DNA from: an uncultured delta proteobacterium
GTDB taxonomy: Bacteria > Myxococcota_A > Polyangia > Fen-1088
Length of the DNA: 64,000 bases
NCBI GenBank assembly: GCA_963737265.1
Contig: CAVTRY010000011.1
Coordinates: 384,001-448,000 of the forward strand
Reading direction: 5' to 3'
In this document: positions 31,929-40,408 of the stretch, in pieces
Layout of the letters: each line of letters opens with the position of its first letter
Numbering within the stretch: the stretch's first letter is position 1
Program-made: the position numbers and the translations under genes
Notes under the pieces: model-generated
The model's input: the letters and a program-made list of their open reading frames with translations, nothing else
What the model was told of the DNA's origin: nothing
The model's database searches: none

Positions 31929-32154
31929 GGGGAAAGCACCTGCTCCTAGTATCGGATCGGAAGTCCCGTCAAGGCCCTGAAATTTCGGGGTGAAGGCGAG
32001 GCAAATTTTCCACCCCGCAGCGCTGGCCGTCAAGCTCCAGGCGGGCTGCGATTGTGCGAAGGATTTCGGCCTTGCAGGCATGGGTGAAGGCGTGGCGCAC
32101 ACCGTCAACCATTGGCGTGGCTTTGCAGGGCGCGGCATGGCCCGCCGAGGATCG

Positions 32155-32949
32155 TCAATGTCGAGCTTTCCGTTTCGCCACTTTCGGCTTTTTCGTCACT
32201 GCCCTCGATGGCTTCTTGGCTCTCGGTTTCTTGGCCTCGCCCGCGCCAAGATCCAGGCCGAAGATATCGGACAATTCGTCGTCGGCCAGAACCTTGGCGG
32301 CCGTCGGGTCTTTCTTCGAAAGCGGCATCCCCTTCCCCGCCTTGGCAATGAGATCCTTCTCGTCGACCTTGCGCAACTTAAATAGCAGCTCCGGACGCTC
32401 GTCGAGGCGAGCGCCGATGCCGTAGAGCACGGCGGCGACGTGCTTGCACATCGACGCCCAGTCGGGGCAGCTGCACGTGAGGTGGATCTCGGCGGGCGCG
32501 GGGAACAGCCCGGTCTTCTGCCGGCAAATGCGTTCCATGACCCCTTTCGAGAAGCGCCCTTGCAAGAGTTCAACCAGCGAGTCGATGGCGCCGGCACAGT
32601 CGGCGCAAATGGCATTCCAACGCGCCTTCGGCACGGCCGATACGTTCACCGCGACGTCGTAGATTTCCGACCCGCTGACGCGCGCCTTGATCTGGCCGGG
32701 CGCGATTTGCAGGTCGACCACGGAGCCGTTGCGCACGTAGGTGCGCCCGCGCGGCAGCCGGTTGGAATAGTCGCTGTAGCCTTCGAGGTTGTCGCACCAC
32801 GATTTTCCCCAGAAGGTCTTGGCGATGGTCCGGCCTTCGATCGCCACCGGCGACACCGGGTGGCCCTTCTTCGCGAGCTTCGCCATTTCGCGAGCTGCCT
32901 TGCGCCGCCGCTCGGCCACGGAAACATAGGGACGCCATTCGTAGAACAT
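32155..32949 (-). CDS. SWIM zinc-finger protein (YwqB-like partner of SNF2)
   Basis: NRLPRGRTYVRNG, CSCPDWASMCKH, LFKLR. Confidence 0.9.
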   Translation of the reverse strand: MFYEWRPYVSVAERRRKAAREMAKLAKKGHPVSPVAIEGRTIAKTFWGKSWCDNLEGYSDYSNRLPRGRTYVRNGSVVDLQIAPGQIKARVSGSEIYDVAVNVSAVPKARWNAICADCAGAIDSLVELLQGRFSKGVMERICRQKTGLFPAPAEIHLTCSCPDWASMCKHVAAVLYGIGARLDERPELLFKLRKVDEKDLIAKAGKGMPLSKKDPTAAKVLADDELSDIFGLDLGAGEAKKPRAKKPSRAVTKKPKVAKRKARH

Positions 32950-32952
32950 GCA

Positions 32953-35775
32953 TCACTCCTTCATCGCGGCTTTCAGATCCAGGGCCACGAGCCGCAGTAG
33001 CTCGTCGTCTTTCAGCTCGGTCAGGTTCAGCTCGCCACCGCCTTCGAGCAGTTCCTTCGAGAGCTGTTTCTTCGATTCGATGAGCTCGTCGATCTTCTCT
33101 TCGACGGTTCCCCGACACACGAACTTGTGAACCAGCACGTTCTTGGTTTGGCCGATGCGAAAGGCCCGGTCGGTGGCTTGGTTCTCAACGGCTGGGTTCC
33201 ACCAGCGATCGAAGTGCACGACGTGTGACGCCGCGGTGAGGTTCAGCCCCGATCCGCCGGCCTTGAGCGACAGCACGAAGAACGGAACCGATTCGTCCTC
33301 TTGAAAGCGCCGGACCAGATCCTTGCGCTTCTTCACTTCGGTCTCGCCGTGCAAGACCAATCCGGGACGACCGAACACACCGCCCAGGAACGAGGCCAGC
33401 GGCGCCGTCACTTCACGGAATTGGGTGAACACCAGCGCCTTCTCTTGCTTGGCGGCAATGACCTCGGCGAGATCGCGCAACCGCGCCCACTTGCCGCTGT
33501 CGTCCTCGGCCCAAGCTCCGTCGCCCAGCCATTGCGACGGATGATTGCAAATCTGCTTGAAGCGCATGAGGAAGGAGAGGACCAGTCCCTTGCGACGAAT
33601 GCCCTCGGCGTCGTCCAGTTGTTCAGCCAGATCGGTGACTGCCTGCTGATAGAGCGCGGCCTGCTTGCGACTAAGCTGGCAGAAGGCCTTCACCTCGGTC
33701 TTTTCCGGCAGATCCGAGATGACCGTCCGGTCGGTCTTGAGCCGCCGCAAGACGTACGGCCGGACCAGCTCACGCAGGGGACCGTATGGGTTGTGAGGCT
33801 TGTCCGCCAGACTCTTGGTGTAGCTTCCAAACTCCTTGGCCGAGCCGAGCAGCCCGGGATTGCAGAAGTCGAAGATCGACCACAGATCGCCGAGCCGGTT
33901 CTCAATGGGCGTGCCGGTGAGCGCGATACGCGCGTGCGCCACCAGCTTCTTGACCGCCTTGGTTTGCTTGGCGCCGGGATTCTTGATGGCTTGGGCTTCG
34001 TCGAGAATGGCTAGGTTCCACTTGGTCGTCGCAAGCCATGGGATGTGCAAGAGCGATCCATAGCTCGTAATCACCAGATCGACTTCCGCGACTCGCTCGG
34101 GCGACAGCGACGCCAACTCGTCCGCGGACACGGCGGACGTGTGCGCGACGAGCGCCATGAGACCGGGCGCAAAACGAGCGAGCTCATCGGCCCAGTTGGC
34201 GAGCAGCGAGGCCGGCGCCACCAGCAGGCTCGGCCGCGGCTTGCTCTTCGCCGAACCACGCAACACCAACAACAGCGACAAGACCTGGATGGTCTTGCCA
34301 AGCCCCATGTCGTCCGCAAGGCAAGCGCCGAGCCCCAGTCGCGAAAGCAGGTGCAGCCAGCGCACGCCAACCTCTTGGTAGGGGCGGAGCGTGCCGCGTA
34401 GATCGCGGCCCGGATCGATTTTGGCAAGCTCTTCTGGCGAACGCAGCCCCTTGAGCGTCTCGGCGAGCCACGGCCCCGCGACCACGCGCGACCAATCGGG
34501 ATCCGTGCCGGTCGCCGCCCCATCCTTGGTGACGTCCGCGCCCGCAAGCATGCGCATGGCCTCGGCAAACGTAAGCCCATCCTTGGCCGCGAGCCGCTCC
34601 GCCTCCTGGAAATGGGCCATCGTCCGCCGCAGGCGCTCGCTGTCGACTTCAACCCATTGCCCGCGAATGAGTGCGAGCCCGTTGGCGCTGGCCAGAATGT
34701 CCCTCACCTCGCGGGCGCTCAGGCTCTCGCCGTCGAGCGAGACCTCCATGCGAAAATCCAGCAAGGCGTCCTGCCCAAACGAAGCTGCCGCCTTTGTCCC
34801 GACGGTGGCCGTCACCTGTGGGCGGGACGGGCGCCCGGTCCGCCACGTCGCAGGCATGCGCACGACGACACCGGCACGCTCCAGTTGTGGCACGTCACCG
34901 AGAAATTGAAATGCCTCTCGCGGCGACCAGCGCAGCGGGTGGAAGATCTCGCCTGCGTCGACCATCTGTTTCAGCCAGGCACAAGATTCCGCCGCGCGCT
35001 GAACCGGCAGCAAGAGCGAGAGCAGCTTTTCCTTGTTGGCCGCGCCAGCGTAGTCGCGCAACGCCTGCCCGAGCGGCAGGTGCTGGGCTTTGCCGTGCGC
35101 CGACAGCCGGTGCGTGTAGGTCGCAAGAAATGCGAAGGGGGCAGTCTCGTCCTTGCGGTTCTCGGCGAGGTTGAAATGCACCTTGCCCACGACGTTCCAC
35201 GCCGGATGAAGGCGCTTGAGAAACTCCTGGACGGTAGTCTTTGCCTCGGCCAGCTCGACGAAACACGCCGTGCCAATAGCCGCCCAAAGTGAAATCAGGA
35301 CATCGGTCGTCAGGTATTCGGCGCCCGGCATCGCCGGAGCCGCGGCGGCCAGAGAATTGATGTCCTCGGGCGGCGACGGCGGTTCTAGCCGTCGTTGGTC
35401 TGGAAACCCTGGGAGGGTTTCCATGCCCGAGGCCCCTGCCTGCCCCTTTCCCCGCCGCTCGCTTCGCTCGGCCTCGCGCGATGGTTCGCGCCGAGCAAAG
35501 CTCGGCGGCTCCCCACGCGACTCGTCGACGTTAGGTCGGGCACAAAGCGCGGTGACAAATCGGCTGGCGAATTCCCGCCAGTAGGCGAAGACCGGAGGAA
35601 CCACCTCCTCCACCTCGGCCGCGCCAAGCCTCAAGAGTCCATGTCCCGCACCACGAGCAAACGCCCGCTCCATGCGTTCGCCGAATTCGGGAGCGAGCAT
35701 GGGCGCATCCTCCGACGGAGAAAGCAAGAGCCGGCCGTGGGGTGTCAGGCATGTGGTCAGGCGCGGTTCGTTCAA
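32953..35775 (-). CDS. SNF2-family ATPase (YwqA-like)
   Basis: LRPYQ, LADDMGLGKT, ILDEAQAIKN, LTGTPIEN, FDRWWNPAVENQATDRAFRIGQ; start uncertain (listed start lies in the tRNA fragment). Confidence 0.92.
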   Translation of the reverse strand: MNEPRLTTCLTPHGRLLLSPSEDAPMLAPEFGERMERAFARGAGHGLLRLGAAEVEEVVPPVFAYWREFASRFVTALCARPNVDESRGEPPSFARREPSREAERSERRGKGQAGASGMETLPGFPDQRRLEPPSPPEDINSLAAAAPAMPGAEYLTTDVLISLWAAIGTACFVELAEAKTTVQEFLKRLHPAWNVVGKVHFNLAENRKDETAPFAFLATYTHRLSAHGKAQHLPLGQALRDYAGAANKEKLLSLLLPVQRAAESCAWLKQMVDAGEIFHPLRWSPREAFQFLGDVPQLERAGVVVRMPATWRTGRPSRPQVTATVGTKAAASFGQDALLDFRMEVSLDGESLSAREVRDILASANGLALIRGQWVEVDSERLRRTMAHFQEAERLAAKDGLTFAEAMRMLAGADVTKDGAATGTDPDWSRVVAGPWLAETLKGLRSPEELAKIDPGRDLRGTLRPYQEVGVRWLHLLSRLGLGACLADDMGLGKTIQVLSLLLVLRGSAKSKPRPSLLVAPASLLANWADELARFAPGLMALVAHTSAVSADELASLSPERVAEVDLVITSYGSLLHIPWLATTKWNLAILDEAQAIKNPGAKQTKAVKKLVAHARIALTGTPIENRLGDLWSIFDFCNPGLLGSAKEFGSYTKSLADKPHNPYGPLRELVRPYVLRRLKTDRTVISDLPEKTEVKAFCQLSRKQAALYQQAVTDLAEQLDDAEGIRRKGLVLSFLMRFKQICNHPSQWLGDGAWAEDDSGKWARLRDLAEVIAAKQEKALVFTQFREVTAPLASFLGGVFGRPGLVLHGETEVKKRKDLVRRFQEDESVPFFVLSLKAGGSGLNLTAASHVVHFDRWWNPAVENQATDRAFRIGQTKNVLVHKFVCRGTVEEKIDELIESKKQLSKELLEGGGELNLTELKDDELLRLVALDLKAAMKE
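35398..35523. repeat. 126-bp composite palindromic element inserted in frame in the SNF2 gene
   Basis: Minus strand gagtcgcgtgg...ccgagc-ttt-gctcgg...gaaccatcgcg...ggccgagcgaagcg...tggaaaccct-ccc-agggtttcca matches the 10745-10980 modules. Confidence 0.88.
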
Positions 35776-35870
35776 GGCGACAGCTTCTCTCCGGATCTCC
35801 GCAGATCTTTCATACTGCTTCTCGGTACCAAGTTCATACTTCCCGCCTCTCCGAACTTGGTGAACACAGT

Positions 35871-35904
35871 AGTCTGGCGCGTCTACCAGTTCCGCCATCC
35901 CCGC
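35871..35904 (-). tRNA. 5' fragment of tRNA-Leu ending in the anticodon loop (att-like scar, not a full gene)
   Basis: GCGGGGATGGCGGAACTGGTAGACGCGCCAGACT = acceptor 5' strand, Leu-type D arm, anticodon 5' stem; no 3' half follows. Confidence 0.8.
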
Positions 35905-35973
35905 GCAATCATTTCAGCAGGTCAACCGCATGAACCGGTATCGGCATGAAGGACTCGTCCCGAGCACGTCACC

Positions 35974-36270
35974 ATGATCAGCACTCTGGCGGGACGGCGA
36001 ACGCTGCCGATTTCCGCGGAGCTTTTGGCGGAGCACGCGCTGGCCCTGCCGGGAGGCTGGGACTGGCCCGTCAGGCGGGCGGCGTTCGAGGCGATCTTGC
36101 GTCGGCTCTCCTCGGCACGCGCGCAGGAGTTGACAGTCGTGAAATCGCCGCGGGTCGGGCCATTCGGCGACTACACCTTGCGCAGCCGCCAGACCGGGGG
36201 CGATCTTCGCTACGCCATTCGCCTGTATTCGGTGGCCCCCCTGCAAGCACGCTGCAACTGTCCGGACTTC
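35974..36270 (+). pseudogene. N-terminal fragment of a SWIM-finger protein (probably SWIM-SNF2)
   Basis: FGDYTLRS...YAIRLYS...ARCNCPDF breaks off before the CxH half of the SWIM motif. Confidence 0.6.
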
Positions 36271-36276
36271 CCCGGG

Positions 36277-36540
36277 CTACTCGACAGGGGCCATTCGCGT
36301 CGTCACCGGCGGTGGCGTCGGCTCCAGCAGCGGGAATCCCTGCCAGGCAAGCTGCGTCTGCACCGGCGCCGGTGGCGCTGGCGCCGCCTTCGCTTCTTCG
36401 TCCCCGCGCTCACCTTTTCCAGCCTCCGGCTCCGTGCCCTCCCGTGCCCGCCGTGTTTGCTTTCCGCCGCTCCCCTCGTCGCGCGGGCTCCCCTCCGAGC
36501 CATCTTCCGCCCCAACAGGCTCGTCGGCGGTCGATACGGA
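36277..36540 (-). pseudogene. Remnant of a second mod-like gene N-terminus
   Basis: Encodes APAPPAPVQTQLAWQGFPLLEPTPPPVT; 36305-36360 matches 29676-29731 at 54/56 nt. Confidence 0.75.
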
Positions 36541-36669
36541 TCCGGCACGAGCAGGGACGCAAGCCCGGTGTTTCCCGTACTGAGAAACCAGCGCAGCGGC
36601 GCGTCCAAGTACGGCGTATGGTTTGGACTGGCGCGATTTGCCGCTCGGCGATAGGGTGCCGGGCTCGGG

Positions 36670-38004
36670 GTGCGGAAGCCCATGACGGCCGACAATACGC
36701 GAGCGGATCCGGATCGAGTGGGGACATCAAGCGATGCCACCAGGGAAGAGGTGCGCGGACGCCGTGCGAGGACAAGCAACCTCGCGTCCGGCGAGGCCCG
36801 TGCGCGCGATGGGGATGGAAGGATCGTTCCCGCGATTGACGATGCCGCGGCAATTCCCTGCGCCGTGCTTGCGCCTGGCACGAAGGTTGGACGCTACCAA
36901 GTCGTGAAGCTGGTCGGCCAGGGCGGGATGGGGACAGTCTACGAGGCGCACGATGCGCGGCTGAATCGCAAGGTTGCGCTGAAAATCCTGGCCGATAGTC
37001 TCAAGGGTAAACGCAAGGCGGCCAAGCGGTTTTCCATCGAAGCGCAGGCCGCCGCGCGGCTCGTGCATCCCAACGTGGTGGGCATTTTTGATTTCGACGT
37101 GGAATGCGAGACGCCCTACATGGCCATGGAATTCTTGCATGGAGAAACCCTGGCATCGGTCATCGCCTGCGGCGGGTTGGCGGTCGAGCGCTTGGCGGAC
37201 ATCATGCTGGCGGTGTGTGCAGGCGTTCACGCCGCGCACGGGGCGGGCATCGTTCATCGCGACCTCAAGCCCAGCAATATCTTCCTGTGCCCGGACTGGA
37301 AGGGCAACGAGACCGCCCGCGTGCTCGATTTCGGCATCTCGAAGGTGGGCGGCGTTTCCAGCAGTGGGCTGACCCAAACCGGAGACATCATCGGGACGTC
37401 CCAGTATCTTTCGCCCGAGCAGGCCGCAGGCGCTCGCAACGTCAGCCCGTTTAGCGACCAGTATTCCCTCGGCGTCGTGATGTACGAATGCGTGACTCAG
37501 CGAACACCGCAACAGGGTCAGCCGCTCTACCGACTCCTTCGCAATGTCTCGAACGGGGAGCACACCCTGCCGCACTTGCTTCGTGCTGACTTGCCCGCCG
37601 GGTTCGAGACCATCATCGAAACCGCCATGCGTGTACGGCCGAAGGAGCGCTTTCCCTCGGTGTACGAAATGGGACAGGCGTTGTGTCCGTTCGCCTCGAT
37701 CGAGGGACGCCGCCAATTCGGCGACTTTTACCATCGCACGGACTCCTCGCCGATGGATTCGGCAGCGCTTGGCGAGATGGGCGGTTCGCGTCTTGCCCCG
37801 AGCACTACCGCGACCCGGCGCCTGCCGACCGAGCCACCACACACCTGGCAGCATCGCACGACGCGGACGTCTGCTCGCCCGGCTGGGCGAACGCGTTCCG
37901 TGCCGCTCGGGATCCGGTTGCGCAAGCCTCTTTTCGTGCTTTCCATTTTCGTCCTTGCGGCGATCGCCGCCTTGCTCACGGTGGGGCTTTCTCGCTCACC
38001 CTGA
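36670..38004 (+). CDS. Hanks-type Ser/Thr protein kinase with C-terminal TM
   Basis: GQGGMGTVY, VALK, HRDLKPSN, DFG, YLSPEQ. Confidence 0.93.
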   Translation: MRKPMTADNTRADPDRVGTSSDATREEVRGRRARTSNLASGEARARDGDGRIVPAIDDAAAIPCAVLAPGTKVGRYQVVKLVGQGGMGTVYEAHDARLNRKVALKILADSLKGKRKAAKRFSIEAQAAARLVHPNVVGIFDFDVECETPYMAMEFLHGETLASVIACGGLAVERLADIMLAVCAGVHAAHGAGIVHRDLKPSNIFLCPDWKGNETARVLDFGISKVGGVSSSGLTQTGDIIGTSQYLSPEQAAGARNVSPFSDQYSLGVVMYECVTQRTPQQGQPLYRLLRNVSNGEHTLPHLLRADLPAGFETIIETAMRVRPKERFPSVYEMGQALCPFASIEGRRQFGDFYHRTDSSPMDSAALGEMGGSRLAPSTTATRRLPTEPPHTWQHRTTRTSARPAGRTRSVPLGIRLRKPLFVLSIFVLAAIAALLTVGLSRSP

Positions 38005-38071
38005 TTCGACGGCGGGACAGTCAGTCGATTGTCCCTTGCATTCTCGGCAGGCCAACGGCAGCTTAGGGGCC

Positions 38072-38767
38072 GTGAAACCGACCGTCCTGTTGTTCGATGT
38101 CGACGGAACTTTGGTGACAACCTGTGGTGCCGGCCGGCGCGCCATCGAGCGTGCCTTCGAGCGGCGCCACGGCACGAAGGAGGTGTTGACCTTTTCCTTC
38201 GCCGGCATGACCGACAAGGCCATCGTTCGCAATGCGCTGCTTGCCCTGGGCGGCAAGTTCGCCACCGAAAGCGATCTTCAGACCGAGATGGAAGCCACGC
38301 TGTTGTTCTATCTCGACGTGCTGGCGGACGAAGTGGCCCGTACTCGCATTCGCATGCACGACGGAATGGAGCGCGCCATGGACATGGCGGACGCGCGTAA
38401 GGACGTCGCGCTCGGCTTGGGGACGGGCAACATTCGCAGGGGCGCCGCGATCAAACTCGGCTGCGTCGGCATTTTCGATCGGTTCAGCTTCGGCGGCTTC
38501 GGCGACGATTCAATCGAGCGGCCAGCCATTTTGATGGCGGGTGCGCGCCGGGGCGCGGACAAGCTGGGCGCAGAGATTGAGGACTGTCGGATCGTGGTCA
38601 TCGGCGACACGCCCAAGGACGTCGCTGCCGCCAAGGCCATCGGGGCGGACTCCATCGCGGTGGCCACCGGTGTGCACGACGTTGCCGATCTCAAGCAGTG
38701 CGACCCGACGGCTACGTTCGAAACCCTGGCGGACGCACGGGCCGCCGCGGCTCTGTTCGGGAAGTAG
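38072..38767 (+). CDS. HAD-superfamily hydrolase
   Basis: LLFDVDGTL, LGTGN, VIGDTPKD. Confidence 0.9.
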   Translation: MKPTVLLFDVDGTLVTTCGAGRRAIERAFERRHGTKEVLTFSFAGMTDKAIVRNALLALGGKFATESDLQTEMEATLLFYLDVLADEVARTRIRMHDGMERAMDMADARKDVALGLGTGNIRRGAAIKLGCVGIFDRFSFGGFGDDSIERPAILMAGARRGADKLGAEIEDCRIVVIGDTPKDVAAAKAIGADSIAVATGVHDVADLKQCDPTATFETLADARAAAALFGK

Positions 38768-38784
38768 AACGCCGAAGCGCCAGT

Positions 38785-39249
38785 TTAGGGCTCGGGTACG
38801 CTAAGCAGGATCCGGTCGCCGTCGACGACGGTTAGATAGGTCTCAAGAGCACGCGGCGGAGGCCCTTCCAGCACCTTGCCCGTGAGATCGAACAGTCCGG
38901 CGTGGCACGGACACTCGATCTTCTTCGAATCCGGGGCGTAGTTGAGGTCGCACTGTTCGTGGGGGCATTTGGCCTCGAAGGCGTGCGCGACCGTTTCGCT
39001 TTCGCGCACGAGCAGGAGCTCCTTGCCCCGGATCCGCGTGACCATCGATCCGCCGACCTTTTGCAGCTTGGGCGCCTTCGCCAACGGCACTGCCACCCAC
39101 TTTTTCCCGCCCAGAGCCATCTTGGGCCAGGCCACCAGGGCCAAGGCGATGCCGGCAAGGGTCGCGAAGAATCCACGCCGTGACGGCCGCGCCAAGGATT
39201 CATCCTTTTTCGACGCTGACTTGGTGTGGGAACAGCGGCAGTCTGACAT
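38785..39249 (-). CDS. Tat-exported Rieske [2Fe-2S] protein
   Basis: SRRGFF twin-arginine motif, CPHEQC and CPCHAGLF, GPPPRAL. Confidence 0.92.
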   Translation of the reverse strand: MSDCRCSHTKSASKKDESLARPSRRGFFATLAGIALALVAWPKMALGGKKWVAVPLAKAPKLQKVGGSMVTRIRGKELLLVRESETVAHAFEAKCPHEQCDLNYAPDSKKIECPCHAGLFDLTGKVLEGPPPRALETYLTVVDGDRILLSVPEP

Positions 39250-39251
39250 AG

Positions 39252-40337
39252 CTAGTACTCCCTCGTGATGTTGAAGCCGATGACGAGCTTGCTCCATTGC
39301 GTGTCGGTGTTGGTGATGTACCCATCCGCGGTGAGGTACTGCGTGTTGCCGCAAACCAGGGCGAAGGTGTGACGGTTGGTAAAGAACTTCACACCGCCCG
39401 AAAAGGCCGGGTTCTTGGCGCAGAAGCCCGAGGCGCAGGAAACCATTTCGGCATCGAGCGAAACCGAGGCTGCCACGCGGTATTCAAGCCCCGCGGCTCC
39501 GGCTACCGACCATTTGTGCTTTTCATCGCTGTACTTGCGTCCGCTCATCGTGCTTGGACTAGAATTCGAATGATACATGGCCCCAGCCGTGGCGAGGAGA
39601 CGGTTGAAAAACAGGCGGCTGGCGAACGCCTGAGCGAACGGCCACAGCGCGTCCGGGTGCTCCGGCACCACGAACCACGACAGACCGCCGCGCACCATCA
39701 AGTCCACGCCCGAGTCCTCCTGATGAAGCGCACTCCAGCGCGCGTCGAGTTCGTAGGTGTCGAATACGGTACCGTTTACGCGGTAGAGCCCCACATCGAG
39801 AACGTCGAGAATGCCGTAGCGAAGCCCGAGGCCGACGGCAAGCGGCGCGTCGAATCCAAGAAAATTGTTCCACATGTCGGCGAAGGGGTGAGGGCTGTCC
39901 TTGTTGTAGATGGGCGAGGAAGAGCGGTGGTCGATGACGAAGTCAAAGCCACCCTTGCGAACCGTACGCCCCGTCGGCAAAGCCAGGATGCGGATGCGCT
40001 CTGGATATCCCTTGCCGTACCAGGCAGCGGACGGATCCGCCGCCGCCTGCTGCTCGAGGTCGACCACTTCATCCAAAACTTCGATGTCGTCCTCGGAAAT
40101 CTTGGCCGGCGCCTTGGGCGCGGGTGCCGGCACCACCGGCTCGGCGTCCTGGCTCGGTTTGGGCGTCGAGGCAGCGGCGGTGTCGGCTGCGGCGGGAGTG
40201 CCGGCGGCGGGATTGTCGGCGGCGGGAGTTTCCGCGGCGGGAGTTTCCGCGGCGGGAGTTTCCGCGGCGGGAGTTTCCGCGGCGGAAGTTTCCGCGGCAA
40301 GAGTCAGCGCTAGAACAATGAGAGCGATATTCGTCAT
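39252..40337 (-). CDS. Outer-membrane beta-barrel, DUF5777-like
   Basis: Signal peptide, FVIDHR, FLGFD, LGLRYG, TNRHTFAL, C-terminal IGFNITREY. Confidence 0.75.
   Translation of the reverse strand: MTNIALIVLALTLAAETSAAETPAAETPAAETPAAETPAADNPAAGTPAAADTAAASTPKPSQDAEPVVPAPAPKAPAKISEDDIEVLDEVVDLEQQAAADPSAAWYGKGYPERIRILALPTGRTVRKGGFDFVIDHRSSSPIYNKDSPHPFADMWNNFLGFDAPLAVGLGLRYGILDVLDVGLYRVNGTVFDTYELDARWSALHQEDSGVDLMVRGGLSWFVVPEHPDALWPFAQAFASRLFFNRLLATAGAMYHSNSSPSTMSGRKYSDEKHKWSVAGAAGLEYRVAASVSLDAEMVSCASGFCAKNPAFSGGVKFFTNRHTFALVCGNTQYLTADGYITNTDTQWSKLVIGFNITREY
40189..40298. repeat. 15-bp coding tandem repeat (ETPAA)n
   Basis: gcggcgggagtttcc four perfect copies plus degenerate copies. Confidence 0.9.
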
Positions 40338-40408
40338 GGGTACCCCAATAAATCCGACTGGCGGCGGATTGTATACACGGCACAAGGTGGAATGGGAATT
40401 GTTTCGTC

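Noticed and set aside
35776-35898. N-terminal extension MAELVDAPD of the SNF2 ORF
   Set aside because: It is the tRNA-Leu fragment and adjacent non-coding DNA
21400-36600. Intact prophage, ICE or IS element
   Set aside because: No integrase, transposase, phage or conjugation genes and no terminal inverted repeats seen
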